Shown one piece after another: positions 38,019 to 52,452 of a DNA stretch of 64,000 nucleotides. This DNA comes from Pristiophorus japonicus (Eukaryota), in assembly GCF_044704955.1 (NCBI RefSeq), contig NC_091989.1, positions 46,004,001-46,068,000 of the forward strand. Reading direction: 5' to 3'. Numbering within the stretch: position 1 is the stretch's first letter; every line of letters starts with the position of its first letter. The notes under the pieces were generated by a model that did not search any database, was not told the origin of the DNA, and saw only the letters and a list, made by a program, of their open reading frames with translations. A program made the translations under genes and the position numbers.

Positions 38019-41000
38019 ATTGTCTCTATGATGCCACACAGGAGAAGATTTAAATGGCATACACCCCATTCACGCAAGACAAGCTGACTAGTCCCATAGC
38101 ACGCACCAAAAATCAACTGGTATCCAAAATGTTTATTCTGCTGGAACACCTGGAGAACACTAAATATGCATAATTATCCAAAGTAAATTTAGGCCCTTTA
38201 TGTATGCAAAGGGCCTAATGCCTGTTTCAGATGCCAGTCCTGGACGCATATTTTGATACATATACCAATAAATCAGGCAGTCATTTCCAGATCAGAACAC
38301 GCTGCCTGCCATATGGATATTTCTACGCCTGTTTTATGCCTGTAAAATGGGTGCAGCTTAATTGAATTTCCAGACCAGGCTTTCTTCAGAAGTGGGGCAT
38401 GATGCTTCAGTGTACAGAGCCTTGGCCAGATCCCATCTACAATACTGAGTTCAGTCTTGAGCACAGAATCTCAGAAAGGCGGAAAGAACAGATTCACTAG
38501 AATGAAATCAGGACTTAAAGGTTACATTCTGAGGGCAGGTTGTAGAACAGCAGAATGACAAATGATAAAAATCTTCAACATACACAGAAAATGCTGGAAA
38601 TAGGTCAGCTGGTCAGGAAGCATCTGTGGAGAGTGTTAAGCTCATAATAAAGTATTGCAACTGAGTACTGTAGACAATGAGTAAGTGTGACCTTAGCTCC
38701 TTTAATTAAATGCCAGAGTGCTGGTATAGCATGGGAGGCCTGCTTATATACAGTGCTCCCAAGGGATGCTGGGATCCCTTGGGACTCCAACAGGTAGGCC
38801 CTCTGGTGGCGGTATGATACAGGTTGCCTAGGGTTGCATACATAACATCACTCCCTCCCAAAGGCAATAGTACACTTATTTACAGGTGAGACGATCTGGA
38901 GCTTTTCGCTCCCTTGTCGATCGTCTCGGTACAAATGCAGGTGTGAGTGAGTTGGTTGGTTCTTCGCTGGGCTGCTGGGGATGGTGAGTTCAGCTTCGTG
39001 GTCGACCATGATGTCGGTTGCCACTACTGTGTGTGTTGGAGGGTCGAAGTTGGTGGTGTCCTCTTTGGGTTGCTCGTAGCTGTGAATCGCAGTTTGGTTT
39101 AGTCCAAATGTTTTCTGCAAGTTAGTCCATTTGCAAGTTTGACCTGAAACACCCTACTCCCTCCTTTGGCTATGACGGTACCAGCAAGCCATTTGGGACC
39201 ATGTTCATAGTTGAGTACAAATACAGGGTCATTGACTTCAATATCGCATGGCAAGTTTGCGCGATCATGGTATATTGCTTTGTTGATGCCGCCTGCCCTC
39301 GACATGATCATGGAGATCAGGGTGGACAAGAGAGAGCATTTTTTTGAGCACCCTTGTCATGAGCAGCTCGGCTGGGGGAACCCCGGTGAGCGAGTGGGGT
39401 CTGGTGCGGTAGCTGAGCAGGACTCGGGACAGGCGGGTCTGCAGGGAGCCTTCCGACACACGTTTCAAACTTTGCTTGATGGCTTGGACTGCCCATTCTG
39501 CCTGGCCATTGGATGCAGGCTTGAACGGGGCAGATGTGATGTGCTTGATCCCATTGCGGGTCATGAATTCCTTGAATTCAGCACTGGTGAAGCACAGCCC
39601 ATTGTCGCTGACAAGGACATCAGGCAGGCCGTGCATGGCGAACATGGCTCGTAGGCTTTCGATGGTGGCAGTGGATGTGCTTACAGACAATATTACACAT
39701 TCAATCCATTTTGAATAAGCATCCACAACAACCAAAGAATTTTGCCTAGAAACGGGCCCGCAAAGTCCACGTGGATCCTAGACCATGGTTTGGAAGGCCA
39801 TGACCACAAACTTAGCGGTGCCTCTCTGGGTGCATAACTCAATTGATAGCAAGTGTTGCATTGGCGCACGCACGACTCTAGGTCTGAGTCGATGCCGGGC
39901 CACGACACATGGGATCTGGCTATAGCTTTCATCCTTACTATGCCTGGGTGGGTACTGTGTAAGTCGCGCATGAACGTTTCCCTGCCTCTCTTAGGCAAAA
40001 CCACGTGATTACCCCACAAAAGACAGTCTGCCTGTATGGACATTTCGTCTTTGCGCCGCTGGAACGACTTGATCTCTTCATGCATCTCCACTGGGACGCT
40101 GGACCAGCTCTCATGGAGGACCCAGTTTTTTTACATGGGACAGTAAAGGATCCTGGCTGGTCCAGGTCCTGATCTGGTGGGCCGTAACGGTTGACTTTTC
40201 GTTTTCAAATGCATCCATCACCAAGAGCAAGTCTGCAAGCTGTGCCATTTCTACTCCGGTGTGGGAAATGGTAGACGACTGAGATCATCAGCGCAGTTCG
40301 CTGTGCCTGGTCTGTGCCGGATTACATAGTTGTATGCAGACAGCGTGAGCGCCTATCTTTGGATGCAGGCAGAGGCATTGGTATTAATCCTCTTGCTCTC
40401 TGAGGATAGCTATACGAATGGCTTATGGTCAGTTTCTAACTCAAACTTAAGACCAAACAGATACTGGTGCATTTTTTTCACCCCATAAGCACATGCCAGA
40501 GCTTCTTTTTCAATCATGCTGTAGGCCCTTTCGGCCTTCGACAAACTCATGAATGCATAGGCGATCGGTTGCAATGTTCCCGATTCATTTGCTTGTTGTA
40601 ACACACACCCGACCCCGTATGAAGACACATCGCAAGCTAGCACTAAATGTTTACATGGGTTATACAAAACAAGCAGTTTGTTGGAACATAACAGATTTCT
40701 GCCTTTCTCAAATGCAGCCTCTTGTGATCTCCCCCATACCCAGTCGTCTCCCTTGTGTAACAGCACATGTAGGGGTTCTAGCAAGGTGCTTAACCCAGGG
40801 AGGAAATTACAGAAATAGTTGAGTCCCAGGAGCGACTGCAGCTCCATCACGTTCTGTGGTCTTGGCGCATTCTTGATGGCCTCCGTCTTGGTGTCGTTGG
40901 GTCTGATGCCGTCTGCCGCGATTCTTCTCCCTAAGAACTCGACCTCTGGTGCCAGGAAAACATACTTCGAGCATTTCAACCTGAGTCCCAGGCGATCTAG

Positions 41001-42149
41001 CCGACTTAGAACCTCTTCCAGGTTCTTCAAGTGATTGATGGTGTCCCGACCTATGACCAGTATGTCGTCCTGGAAAACCACAGTGCACGGAACCGACTTT
41101 AGCAGGCTCTCCATCTTCCTTTGGAAAATTGCCGCGGCCGATCGAATCCCAAACGGGCATCTATTGTAGATAAACAGACCTTTGTGCGTGTTGATGCAGG
41201 TGAGGCCTTTCGAAGATTCCGCCAGCTCCTGCGTCATGTAGGCCGAGGTCAGGTCCAACTTGGTGAACGTCTTTCCTCCTGCCAGCGTCACAAATAGGTC
41301 GTCTGCCTTGGGTAGTGGGTACTAGTCCTGTTGCAAAAAACGGTTAATTGTTACTTTATAGACCCCACAAATTCTGACCATGCCATCGCCTTTGAGAATT
41401 GGAACGATCGGACCGGCCCACTCGTTGAACTCCACTGGCGCGATGATGCCTTCTTACTGCAGCCTGTCCAGCTCAATTTCCACTTTCTCTTGCATCATAT
41501 ATGGCACCGCCCGTGCCTTGTGGTGGATCGGTCATGTACCGGAAACCAAGTGGATCTGCACCTTCGCCCCCAAGAAACTTCCGATGCCTGGCTTGAACAA
41601 CAATGGGAACTTGCTCAGAACCTGGGCACATGAGGTGTCACCGACGATCGAAAGCGCTCGGATGTCGTCCCAGTTCCAGCGGATTTTTCACAACCAGCTT
41701 CAGCCGAACAGTGTGGAGCCATCTCCTGGTACCAACCATAGCAGGAGTTCATGCACTGCTCCATCATAGGAGACTTTTACTGCTGCGCTGCCAATAACAG
41801 GGATCAGCTCTTTAGTGTAAGTTCTTAGCTTGGTATGAATGGGGCTAAACTTGGGCCTGTGTGCCTTGTTGCACCACAGCCTGTCGAAGGCCTTTTTGCT
41901 CATGATAGACTGACTCGCACCCGTGTCCAATTCCACAGATACTGGAATTCCATCCAGTTCGACTTTTAACATGATCGGTGGACATTTCCTGGTGAAGGTG
42001 TGTACCCCGTACACTTCTGCCTCCTCGGTTCAATTCTCTAGTTCAGCCTGATCCGCCATGGATCGATCCTCCTCTGCAACCTGATGGTTTGCAGCTCGTC
42101 TGCACATTCCCTGGAGGTGTCCCATTGTACCACAGCCTTTGCACACATA

Positions 42150-43246
42150 GGGCCCAAGTTTCCACAAGAAAAAAAATGGGCGCCCCTCTGAGCTGGGCGC
42201 CCGTTTTTCGCGCCTAAAATGGCGCCTAAAAAAATCCTCGGTATTCTCCACCTACTTACAGGTCCTCTGGCCCTCGGTGCAGCCAGCACGAGCTGTGGGG
42301 GGGGGGCGGAGCCAGGTCCCGGCGCTGAAAACAGTGCCGGGACCTCTGCACATGCGCGCTACAGTCGGCACGCAAGTGCAGTAGCTCCAGGCACCGAACT
42401 GTGTGGGAGGGGCCTGAAGCACGCAGCCCCTAGCCCTGGCTGAATGGCCTCACTGGGGCTACGTGAATAAGGCTCCTCCCACGGCCAGCTCCTGCTCCCC
42501 CCCCCCACCCCCGCCCCCGACCGGACCCGACACCCGCTCCCCCCCCCCCGCCGACCAGACCCGACCCGACACCCGCTCCCCCCCCCCGCCGACCAGACCC
42601 GNNNNNNNNNNNNNNNNNNNNNNNNNNNNNNNNNNNNNNNNNNNNNNNNNNNNNNNNNNNNNNNNNNNNNNNNNNNNNNNNNNNNNNNNNNNNNNNNNNN
42701 NNNNNNNNNNNNNNNNNNNNNNNNNNNNNNNNNNNNNNNNNNNNNNNNNNNNNNNNNNTGGCTGCAGAATTCTCCCTGGCTGAAGCACTTTCACACAGGT
42801 AGGAAGATGGTTTATTTAATCTTTTCTTGGCTTATAAATGTTTATTCAGGTTGGATTTATTTGTATAATATTTGTAGAAGTATAAATAAGGATTTATTGT
42901 CGAATTTAATGAGTTCCCTCCCCCCCCACCTCATTCTGGACGCCTAATTTGTAACCTGCGCCTGATTTTTTAATGTGTAGAACAGGTTTTTTCAGTTCTA
43001 CAAAAATCTTCACTGGCTCCATTCTACTTTAGTTTGGAGTACATTTTCACTGTGGAAACTTTCAAATCAGGCGTCAGTGGCCGGACACACCCCCTTTTGA
43101 AGAAAAAATTCTGTTCTAAAGTAGAACTATTCTACCTGACGAGAACTGCAGAAAAAAAAATGTGGAAAATTGCGATTTCTAAAATAGTCCATTCTCCACC
43201 AGTTGCTCCTAAAAATCAGGCTCGAATCATGTGGAAACTTGGGCCC
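42150..43246. mobile_element. PIF/Harbinger-type MITE inserted in Gypsy gag
   Basis: Perfect 17-bp TIR GGGCCCAAGTTTCCACA and 3-bp TSD ATA; removal restores CRFKHYVCKGC. Confidence 0.92.
42602..42758. other. Assembly gap (N run) in a C-rich tandem repeat
   Basis: 157 N, preceded by repeats of gacccgacacccgctcccccccc. Confidence 0.99.
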
Positions 43247-43918
43247 ATAGTGTTTGAAGCGGCATTGATGGGCTCGATGATCACCTCCGCAGCACCAACA
43301 AGGTGTTAATTGCCTCGCATTAACGACTGATGGCGGAATCTGGGTCATCTGAGGTCGTGCAGCTGCAGGCGTGTACGTTCTGCCACATGCATTTCTGCCT
43401 GAAAACGACATTACTTTGTATACAGTACTTGCTGAAACCTCTTTATGCTGTGAAATTTGTTTGGTGTTATTGCTGGTGGACATAAATGCCTGGTCTATCG
43501 TTATGGCTTTGCTCAGGTTCGATGTTTCAACTGTCAATAGTTTGTGAAGGATAACCTCATGGCCAATGCCAAGCACAAAAAAGTCTCTTAGCATTTGCTC
43601 AAGGAATCCATAAATTTGCAATGTCCTGCAAGGCGCCTTAGTTCGGTGACGTAGCTCGCCACTTCCTGGCCTTCAGACCGTTGACACGTGTAAAATCGAT
43701 ACCTTGCCATCAGAACGCTTTCCTTTGGATTTAGCTGCTCCCGGACAAGCATACACAGTTCTTCATACAATTTGGTTGTTGGTTTCACCGGAGCTAGAAG
43801 ATTCTACATGAGGCCATAGGTTGTTGCCCCACAGACGGTGAAGAGGATCGCCCTTCATTTGGCAGCATTCTCGTCCCCTTCCAGCTCGTTGGCCACGAAG
43901 TATTGGTCAAGTCACTCC

Positions 43919-46900
43919 TAGGGAACTAGGAGTTAAATTAAAAAGCAGCACCTCAAAGGTAGTAATCTCAGGATTGCTACCAGTGCCACGTGCTAGTCAG
44001 AGTAGGAATTGCAGGACAGCTTAGATGAATACGTGGCTTGAGCAGTGGTGCAGCAGGGAGGGATTCAAATTCCTGGGGCATTGGAACTGGTTCTGGGGTA
44101 GGTGGGACCAGTACAAACTGGACGGTCTGCACCTGGGCGGGGCCGGAACCAATGTCCGAGGGGGAGTGTTTGCTAGTGCTGTTGGGGAGGAGTTAAACTA
44201 ATATGGCAGGGGGATGGGAATCTATGCGGGGAGACAGGGGGAGGTAAAATGGGGGCAGAAGCAAAAGATAGAAAGAAGAAAAGTAAAAGTGGAGGGCAGA
44301 GAAACCGAAGACAAAAATCAAAAAGAGCCACATTACAACAAAAGTCCAAAGGGACAAAGTCTGTTAAAAAGACAAGCCTGAAGGCTCTGTGCCTCAATGC
44401 AAGGCGGATTCGTAATAAGGTGGATGAATTAACTGCGAATATGATATAATTGGGATTACGGAGACATGACTCCAGGGTGGCCAAGGCTGGGAACTCAATA
44501 TCCAGGGGTATTCAACATTCAGGAAGGATAGACAGAAAGGAAAAGGAGGTGGGGTAATGTTGCTGGTTAAAGAAGAAATTAACACAATAGTAAGGAAGGA
44601 CATTAGCTTGGATGATGTGGAATCTGTATGGGTAGAGCTGCGGAATACCAAAGGGCAGAAAACACTAGTGGGAGTTGTGTACAGTCCACCCATTAGTAGT
44701 AGTGAGGCTGGGGACAGCATCAAACAAGAAATTATTGATGCGTGTAATAAAGGTACAGCAGTTATCATGGGCGACTTTAATCTACATATAGATTGGGCTA
44801 ACCAAACTGCTAGCAGTACAGTGGAGGAGGATTTCCTGGCGTGTATTAGGGATGGTTTTCTAGACCAATATGTCGAGGGACAGCCATCCTAGACTGGGTG
44901 ATGTGTAACGAGAAAGGACTAATTAGCAATCTTGTTGTGCGAGGCCCATTGGGGAAGAGTGGACCATAATATGGTAGAATTCTTTATTAAGATGGAGAGT
45001 GACACAGTTAATTCAGTGACTAGGGTCCTGAACTTAAGGAAAGGTAACTTCGATGGTATGAGACGTGAATTGGCTAGAATAGACTGGAGAATGATACTTC
45101 AAGGGTTGACGGTGGATAGGCAATGGCAAACATTTAAAGATCACATGGATGAACTTCAACAATTGTACATCGCTGCCTGTAGTAAAATTAAAATGGGAAA
45201 GGTGGCACAACTGTGGCTAACAAGGGAGATTAGGGATAGTGTTAAATCCAAGGAAGAGGCATATAAATTGGCCAGAAAAAGCAGCAAACCTGAGAACTGG
45301 GAGAAATTTAGAATTCAGCAGAGGAGGACAAATGGTTTAATTAGGAGGGGGAAAATAGAGTATGAGAGGAAGCTTGCTGGGAACATAAAAACTGACTGCA
45401 GAAGCTTCTTCTATAGATATGTGAAGAGAAAAAGATTAGTGAAGACAAACATACGTCCCTCGCAGTCAGAATCAGGTGAATTTAAAATGGGGAGCAAAGA
45501 AATGGCAGACCAATTGAACAAATACTTTGGTTCTATCTTCACGAAGGAAGACACAAATGTCCTTCCGGAAATACTAGGGGACCGAGGGTCCAGCAAGAAG
45601 GAGGAACTGAAGGAAATCCTTATTAGTCAGGAAATTGTGTTAGGGAAATTGATGGGATTGAAGGCCGATAAATCCCCGAGGCCTGATAGTCTGCATCCCA
45701 GAGTACTTAAGGAAGTGGCCCGAGAAATACTGGATGCATTGCTGATCATTTTCCAACAGTCTATCGATTCTGGATCAATTCCTATGGACTGTAGGGTAGC
45801 TAATGTAACACCACTTTTTTAAAAAGGAGGGAGAGAGAAAAGGGGTAATTATAGACTGGTTAACCTGACATCAGTAGTGGGGAAAATGTTGGAATCAATT
45901 ATTAAAGATGAAATAGCAGCGCATTTGGAAAGCAGTGACAGGATCGGTCCAAGTCAGCATGGATTTATGAAAGGGAAATCATGCTTGACAAATCTTCTAG
46001 AATTTTTTGAGGATGTAACTAGTAGAGGGGACAAGGGAGAACCAGTGGATGTGGTGTATTTGGACTTTCAAAAGGCTTTTGACAAGCTCCCACATAAGAG
46101 ATTGGTGTGCAAAATTAAAGCACATGGTATTGGGGGTAATGTACTGACGTGGATAGGGAACTGGTTGGCAGACAGGAAGCAGAGAGTTGGGATAAACGGG
46201 TCCTTTTCAGAATGGCAGGCAGTGACTAGCGGGGTGTTGCAGGGCTCAGTGCTGGGACCTCAGCTATTTACAATATACATCAATGATTTAGATGAAGGAA
46301 TTGAGAGTAATATCTCCAAGTTTGCAGATGACACTAAGCTGGGTGATGGTGTGAGCTGTGAGGAGGATGCTAAGAGGCTGCAGGATGACTTGGACAGGTT
46401 AGGTGAGTGGGCAAATGCATGGCAGATGCAGTATAATGTGGATAAATGTGAGGTTATCCACTTTGGTGGCAAAAATATGAAGGTAGAATATTATCTGAAT
46501 GGCGGCCCATTAGGAAAAGGGGAGTTGCAACGAGACCTGGGTGTCATGGTACATTCGTCACTGAAGGTTGACATACAGGTGCAGCAGGCGGTGAAGGCGG
46601 CAAATGGCATGTTGGCCTTCATATCTAGGGGATTTGAGTATAGGAGCAGGGAGGTCTTACTGCAGCTGTACAGGGCCTTGGTGAGGCCTCACCTGGAATA
46701 TTGTGTTCAGTTTTGGTCTCCTAATCTGAGGAAGGATGTTCTTGCTATTGAGGGAGTGCAGTGAAGGTTCACCAGACTGATTCCCAGGATGGCAGGACTG
46801 ACATATGAGGAGAGACTGGATCGACTGGGCCTGTATTCATTGGAGTTTAGAAGAATGAGAGGGGATCTCATAGAAAAATTTTAAATTCTGATGGGACTGG

Positions 46901-47261
46901 ACTGGTTAGATGCAGGAAGAATGTTCCCGATGTTGGTGGAGTTCAGAACCAGGGGTCACAGTCTTAGGATAAGGGGTAAGCCATTTTGGACCGAGATGAG
47001 GAGAAACTTCTTCACTCAGAGAGTTGTTAACCTGTGGAATTCTCTACCACAGGGAGTTGTTGATGTCACTTCATTAGATATATTCAAGGGGGAGTTAGAT
47101 ATGGCCCTTACGGCTAAAGGGATCAAGGGGTATGGAGGGAAAGCAGGAAAGGGGTACTGAGGTGAATGATCAGCCATGATCTTATTAAATAGTGGTGCAG
47201 GCTCGAAGGGCCGAATGGCCTACTCCTGCACCTATTTTCTGTGTTTCTATGTTTTTATGTT
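43919..47261 (+). mobile_element. Near full-length CR1 LINE (ORF1 esterase 3' part plus ORF2 APE-RT) nested in Gypsy gag
   Basis: ORF1 SGNH-like VVISGLLPVP...DGLHL (43920-44200); ORF2 CLNAR, MGDFN, QHGF, QGSVLGP, FADD to 47160; (ttctatgt)n tail. Several stops and frameshifts. Confidence 0.95.
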
Positions 47262-47869
47262 ACGAATGCCTCCCAATCGTCCCCTTCTGAGAATTTCTCC
47301 AGGATGCCAACAGTTCTCTGCATTTTCGCGTGATTGTTCGTTATCTCATCACCAGTTGTTAAGCTCATAATAAAGTAATGCAACTGAGTACTGTAGACAA
47401 TGAGTAAGTGTGACCTTAGTTCCTTTAATTAAACTCCAGAGTGCTGGTACAGCATGGGAGGCCTGCTTACATACAGTGCTCCCAAGGGATGCTGGGATCC
47501 CTTGGGATTCCAACAGGTATGCCCTCTGGTGGCGATATGATACAGGTTGCCTAGGGTTGCATACATAAGAGAGAGAGAAGCAGAGTTAATGGCTGGAATT
47601 GTAACTGTTCGATGCACTGGTAGCAGGGGACCCCTGTAACACACAGAGAACACGGAAATTTCAGCAGCGCCTTTGTCAGTGGCTTTCTAACGAATCCATT
47701 GCATTAGCATCAGACCTCCGGGCTTCACGGCCAATTAGCATGAGCAAGCCTGATGAGGGCACACATGAGTCTATTTCAGTGGAACTATTTAAAGGGTCTC
47801 TGCAAGGGTGAAAGTTGAAGGATTGTCCAGGTGGGGAAACCAAGGGAGAAACAGTACTAATAGAGTCCC

Positions 47870-47930
47870 AATGTGGCAAAGCTGCACCTCGCTTAAATGA
47901 TGCCTCTCGAGAGCTGATGCTGCATTCTGA
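47870..47930 (+). pseudogene. Possible Myb/SANT-like ORF remnant of Harbinger
   Basis: KAAPRLNDASRELML resembles the R.PRFSD..LE.L start of Harbinger Myb/SANT proteins; convergent with the transposase relic. Confidence 0.4.
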
Positions 47931-48010
47931 GCCTGAAAGGAGATTCTCTTCCCACGTCAACTCCAGCACATCACTCCTCACACGTATTTACTTTGCAGGT
48001 GCACCCATTC

Positions 48011-48895
48011 CTATCTGTCCAGGCACTTAAAGCGCAACTTCAGCATTCCGATTGCTTGCTCGATGACAGTTTTCATGGTCATGTGGCTTTGATTGTATCT
48101 CTGCTGGGCCTCATTGTTTGAGCTTGTGGTCATCATCCATGTCTTCACGGGGGTAGCCCTTGTCTCCAAGGAGCCAACCGCTAACTCTGCTTCGAGGTCC
48201 GAAGAGCTCTGGGAGGGCGGACTGGCGCAGGATGAAAGGATCATGGCAGCTGCCTGGCAATCTTGCATACACCTGCATGATGATATTTTTGCAGTTGCAT
48301 ACGAGCTGAACATTAATGGAGTGGAAGCCCTTTGTGGTTGATGAAGACTCCAGGGTGATCTGGGGGCACCTTGATTGCCATATGTATACAATCGATTACT
48401 CCCTGAACCTGTAGGAAGCGAGTGAAAGCTACATTCTGACTGGCCTCATCGGTTGCAAAGTGTACATAATTGCCCGCCCTGGCAAACATGGCAGCGGTCA
48501 CCGGAGTGATGCATTTGTGATCAGCAGATTGCGAGATTCTGCAGATATCTCCTGCAGATTCCTGGAAGACATTGAGGCCGCTGGCAAAGTGTGCCCACCA
48601 GGTCTACTTGGCAGGATGTCTTCCTCCAGGAGGCTGCAAATGTCTACGACCACCTGATGCAATACCCTGAGCCTCCTGAGGCACTGGTGTTCCGACATGT
48701 CCAGGAAGCTGATCCTCTGCCTATGTATCCTGTGTTGGGGACATCGCCTCCTGTGAGCTGTACCCTTGTGCTCATCCTCTCTCTCCTGTGGAGCGGCAGG
48801 TCAGTGAGGAGAAGGCTGCTGCTGTTCCTGCTGCTGTTGCTGCTATCTTGGTCCTCATCTGAGGTCCGAGGTAAAGTTGCATAAGCAGTACCCAT
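48011..48895 (-). pseudogene. PIF/Harbinger DDE transposase pseudogene (HARBI1-like)
   Basis: MSEHQCLRRLR; QGVIDCIH (D); [11 protein letters not shown]; PGSCHD; WLLGDKGYP (D); VIEQAIGMLKLRFKCLD (E); frameshifted. Confidence 0.9.
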
Positions 48896-50195
48896 GCTGA
48901 ACTAATGCTAGACAGATGGAAAGTGTAGATCAGACTCACAAAAAGCTAAGATAGCAGAAATGGCCTCCGAAGTTGTGGAAATCGCCTGCAAAGTAGTGAA
49001 AGCACTCTTGGAACAAACACCTTTCACTTGGGCAAGGAAGCAGGTGTGAGGACTGAGTACGTCTAGGATTGTTTGCCTGCCATTTGTTCAGCCCCCTCAA
49101 TTCTCGCTGTTCGCTTGCCATGGCGAGTTCCATGAAGCCCGAGAAACTTGTGCACTAAGAGTTAAAGCTCGAATCTTCAATTAAAACAGCTCTCATTTGC
49201 CTCTTAACATCTTTTAATTGCCCACCCACCTCCCCCATGAGGGTTTCTTGCACGCAGCCAAATGCGCTACAGTTCAAAGTGAAGTCGGCGAGTCCGTTGT
49301 CAGTTTCCTCACTTTTAACCACCCGTCTGCTCCCAAACACACTCATTTTTTTTTAAGTGTTTCAGGTCAGTGATCTTTCATCAGAACTGGAAAATGTTAC
49401 AGATAATGTAACAGGTTTTAAGCAAGGTCTGTGAAAGGGTGGAAGGAAGGAGTAATTAAATGACAAAAGATATGGATGTGAAGCAAAAGAAGATGGTAAT
49501 GGGACAAGTAAAGAAACAAAAGATGGGTCTAGAGGAGGTGCAAATGGGAATAGCAGCATCAATACCGACAGCTGCTGTCTGAAAAAATGTAAGCAGTGGT
49601 TATAATCTGGAATTATTGAGTCCTGAAGGCTGTGAAGTGCCTAATTGAGCTTACTTTGAGCTTCATTAGAACAGTGTAGGAAGCCGTCAACAGAGAGGTC
49701 AGAGTGGGAGTGGGGCAGATAATTAACATGGCAAGCAACCTGAAGCTCAGGGCCACACTTGAAGACTGAATGTAGGTGTTCAGAAAAGCCATCACTCAAT
49801 CTACGTTTGGTCTTTCCAATGTAGAGGAGATGACATTGTGAGTTGCCAATACCGTATACTAAATTGAAAGGAGTGCAAGTAAATCACTGTTTCACCCGGA
49901 AGGAATGTTTGGGGCCATCGAACATCAAGTCATCATTCTACAGACCATCACTGATCTCATCTCCTCTGGAGATCTTCCTCCTCCCCGCCCCCATGGCCTC
50001 AAATCTCATAGTTCCCCCAACTCCACACAGCCCATTTCTACCTCCTTCCCAAGATCCACAAACTGGACTGCCTTGGTAGACCCATCATTTCAGCCTGTTT
50101 TTGTCCCACCAAACTTAGTTCTTCCTATCTCAACTTTATTTTGTCTCTCCTTATCCAGTCTCTTGTGACCTACATCCGCGACTTTTCTGACACTC

Positions 50196-51230
50196 TGCTG
50201 GAAATCAGAGGTGTTCAAAATGTATATGGTTATGCAACTAAAACTGTGATGCAAAGAATGCTGTGTTTAAATGGTTGTGTTGAAGTGGAGACAAAGGGTT
50301 TCCTCAGATTGGAATTAGATGCTTAGAGATGCTAATGTTTTGTTCCCTGCTGAGATAGCATTCTGCACAATGACAACCATTATCTGTTGTTTTCAAGTTA
50401 AAACTTCAACTTTGTTTATGTATCTTTAACACAATCTGTTATAGAAAGATTTAGAATGGAGGGAAGTTAACAGACAATTTGCCACGTCGTAAAGGAGATA
50501 ACGACCCTGAAACAAGCAATTTTCTGGCTTGGGCCTCATGAGATCAAAGGGAGGATAGGAATGAGAGAGATTAAATGAATTTCAAAGGATGAACTCTGGG
50601 AAAGTATAAACAGAAAAGTCATGTGGCCAAAATCATGAGACATCTTTAGGGAGGGTTCTTGATTCAGAATCAAAACAAAGAATTCGACATGGCATTGGAC
50701 AGGGAGTTTTTAGGGGAACCTCTACAGGTCAAATGGTCTTGTCAATATCCTATGGCAGGCCCACCCCTAAAAAGAGAATAAAAGTAGCCTCCTCAATGCA
50801 ATCCTCACAAATGGTGTGAGGGAAGAGCGAAACGGAGGTTGGGCTGGCTGAATGCTGTGTGTGTGATTCCATGCTTTAGCGAAGGAAGCTCTGGATGAAG
50901 AGAAAGAGGCTGCAAGCTAGAGAACTGCTCACATGCATCAGTCGTTTATCCGATCAGGATCGGCATCAGCTACTTGTCATGGTCCTATGTTTTTGCTGTA
51001 TAACTAATGTGTTATATCCCATCTTAAACTCTGATAAAACACACCAGATTGATCTTGATTATTAAAGTGACCAGGGATAGTCTTAACTTGGCTATTTCTA
51101 ACACTCTGCCACTTTAACAGTTTATTCGCCCTAATCATCTTCTTTTCACCAGGGACATCCAGTTGTTCTAAACTTCCATCCCCACCAAGATGACTTGTTC
51201 TTGAATGGAGGTTTAACCAATTTCCATCCA
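50196..51230 (+). mobile_element. About 1-kb insertion in the Penelope RT, possibly a solo LTR
   Basis: Ends TGCTGGAAAT / ATTTCCATCCA; TATA-like gtataaa and AATAAA inside. TSD not resolved. Confidence 0.5.
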
Positions 51231-52452
51231 TCACCACCTTCCTTCACCAGGCTGAACTTGTTCTGACATTGAACAACTTCTCGTTTGACACGTCTCATTT
51301 CCTCTGCATGAGTTCTGGCTATGCCTGCCTTTTTGTGGGATACTTTCTTTGTTCCTATCCTACTCAGATCCTCTCCCTCATCTCTTTTTCTGGTACTTCC
51401 TGGTCTCACCTCGAGCTGGAAAATTTCATCAACTTTGCTTCAAATTTCTTCCCACCCTGGTCTTCACATGGTCCATTTAGGATTCTTGCTTTCCCTGCCA
51501 CAATTTCACTATCCCCATTTCTGGGGATAGGCTGTCAACCAACATCTACCGTACAACCATTGGCTCCCAGCTAGCTTGATTACACTTCCTCCCACCCCAT
51601 TCTTGCAGTTTCTCCGTCACATCTGTTCTGACAATGTCACCTTTCACAACATTGCTTCCCATATGTCCTCCTTTTTCCTCAACGGAGAATTCCACTCTAC
51701 CATGGTTAACACCCTCAATCGTGTCCATCCCATTTCCCGCACTTCTGCCCTCACCCCTCCCTCTCCCTCCCAGAACCTCGATAGGGTTCTCCTTGTCCTC
51801 ACATTCTATCCCACTAGCCTCCAAGTTCAATGGACCATCGTCCGGCATTTACACCATCTCCAGCGTGATCCCAGCACCAAACACATCTGTGACATCCTGG
51901 TCCACTCTTCCAGCACCTCCAACACCCGCTCCAGTTCCCACAGCACCTTCCGATGAAAACGCAGGAGGTGCAACACCTGCCCTTTCATCACCTCCCTTCC
52001 CACCGTCCAGGGCCCCAAACACTCCTTCCAGGTGATACAGCGATTTACTTGTACTTCTTTTAATCTAGTATATTGTATTTGCGACTCACAAGGCAGTCTC
52101 CTCTACACTGGGGAGACCAAATGTAAATTAGGTAATCACTTTGCGAAACACCTCCATTCAGTCCGCAAGCGTTACACTGAGCTTCCAGTCACATGACATT
52201 TTAATTCTCCGCCCCACTTCCACTCTGACCTCGGCCTCCTACACTGTTCCAATGAAGCTCAATGGATGCTTGAGGAACAGAACCTCATCTTTTAATTAAG
52301 TACTTTTCAGCCTTCTGCCAACATTGAGCTCAACAATTTCAGACCATAACCACAGCTCCCATTTTGTCAGACAGCAGGTGCTGGTAATGATTCTATGGTT
52401 GCCATTTACAGCTCCTCTAGACCCATTTTCTGTTTCTTTAGTATAGTATAGT

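Larger units (their letters stand above)
38850..47323 (-). pseudogene. Gypsy gag-pol pseudogene (gag, Zn knuckles, protease, RT, RNase H, integrase)
   Basis: Start MQRTVGILEKFSEGDDWEAF at 47323; CWCCGGDH and CKGCGTMGH knuckles; LDTGA; FQDD; CDVS..GVG; ETDHKP; HVDFAGP; SDNG; SNGQAE. Multiple stops and frameshifts. Confidence 0.93.
38634..47570 (-). mobile_element. Near full-length Gypsy/Ty3 LTR retrotransposon with nested MITE and CR1
   Basis: LTRs 38634-38847 and 47357-47570 (214 bp, about 10 differences), TSD GAGAG, PBS tggtgatgag (CpG-decayed TGGCGACGAG), and a PPT next to the left LTR. Confidence 0.95.
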
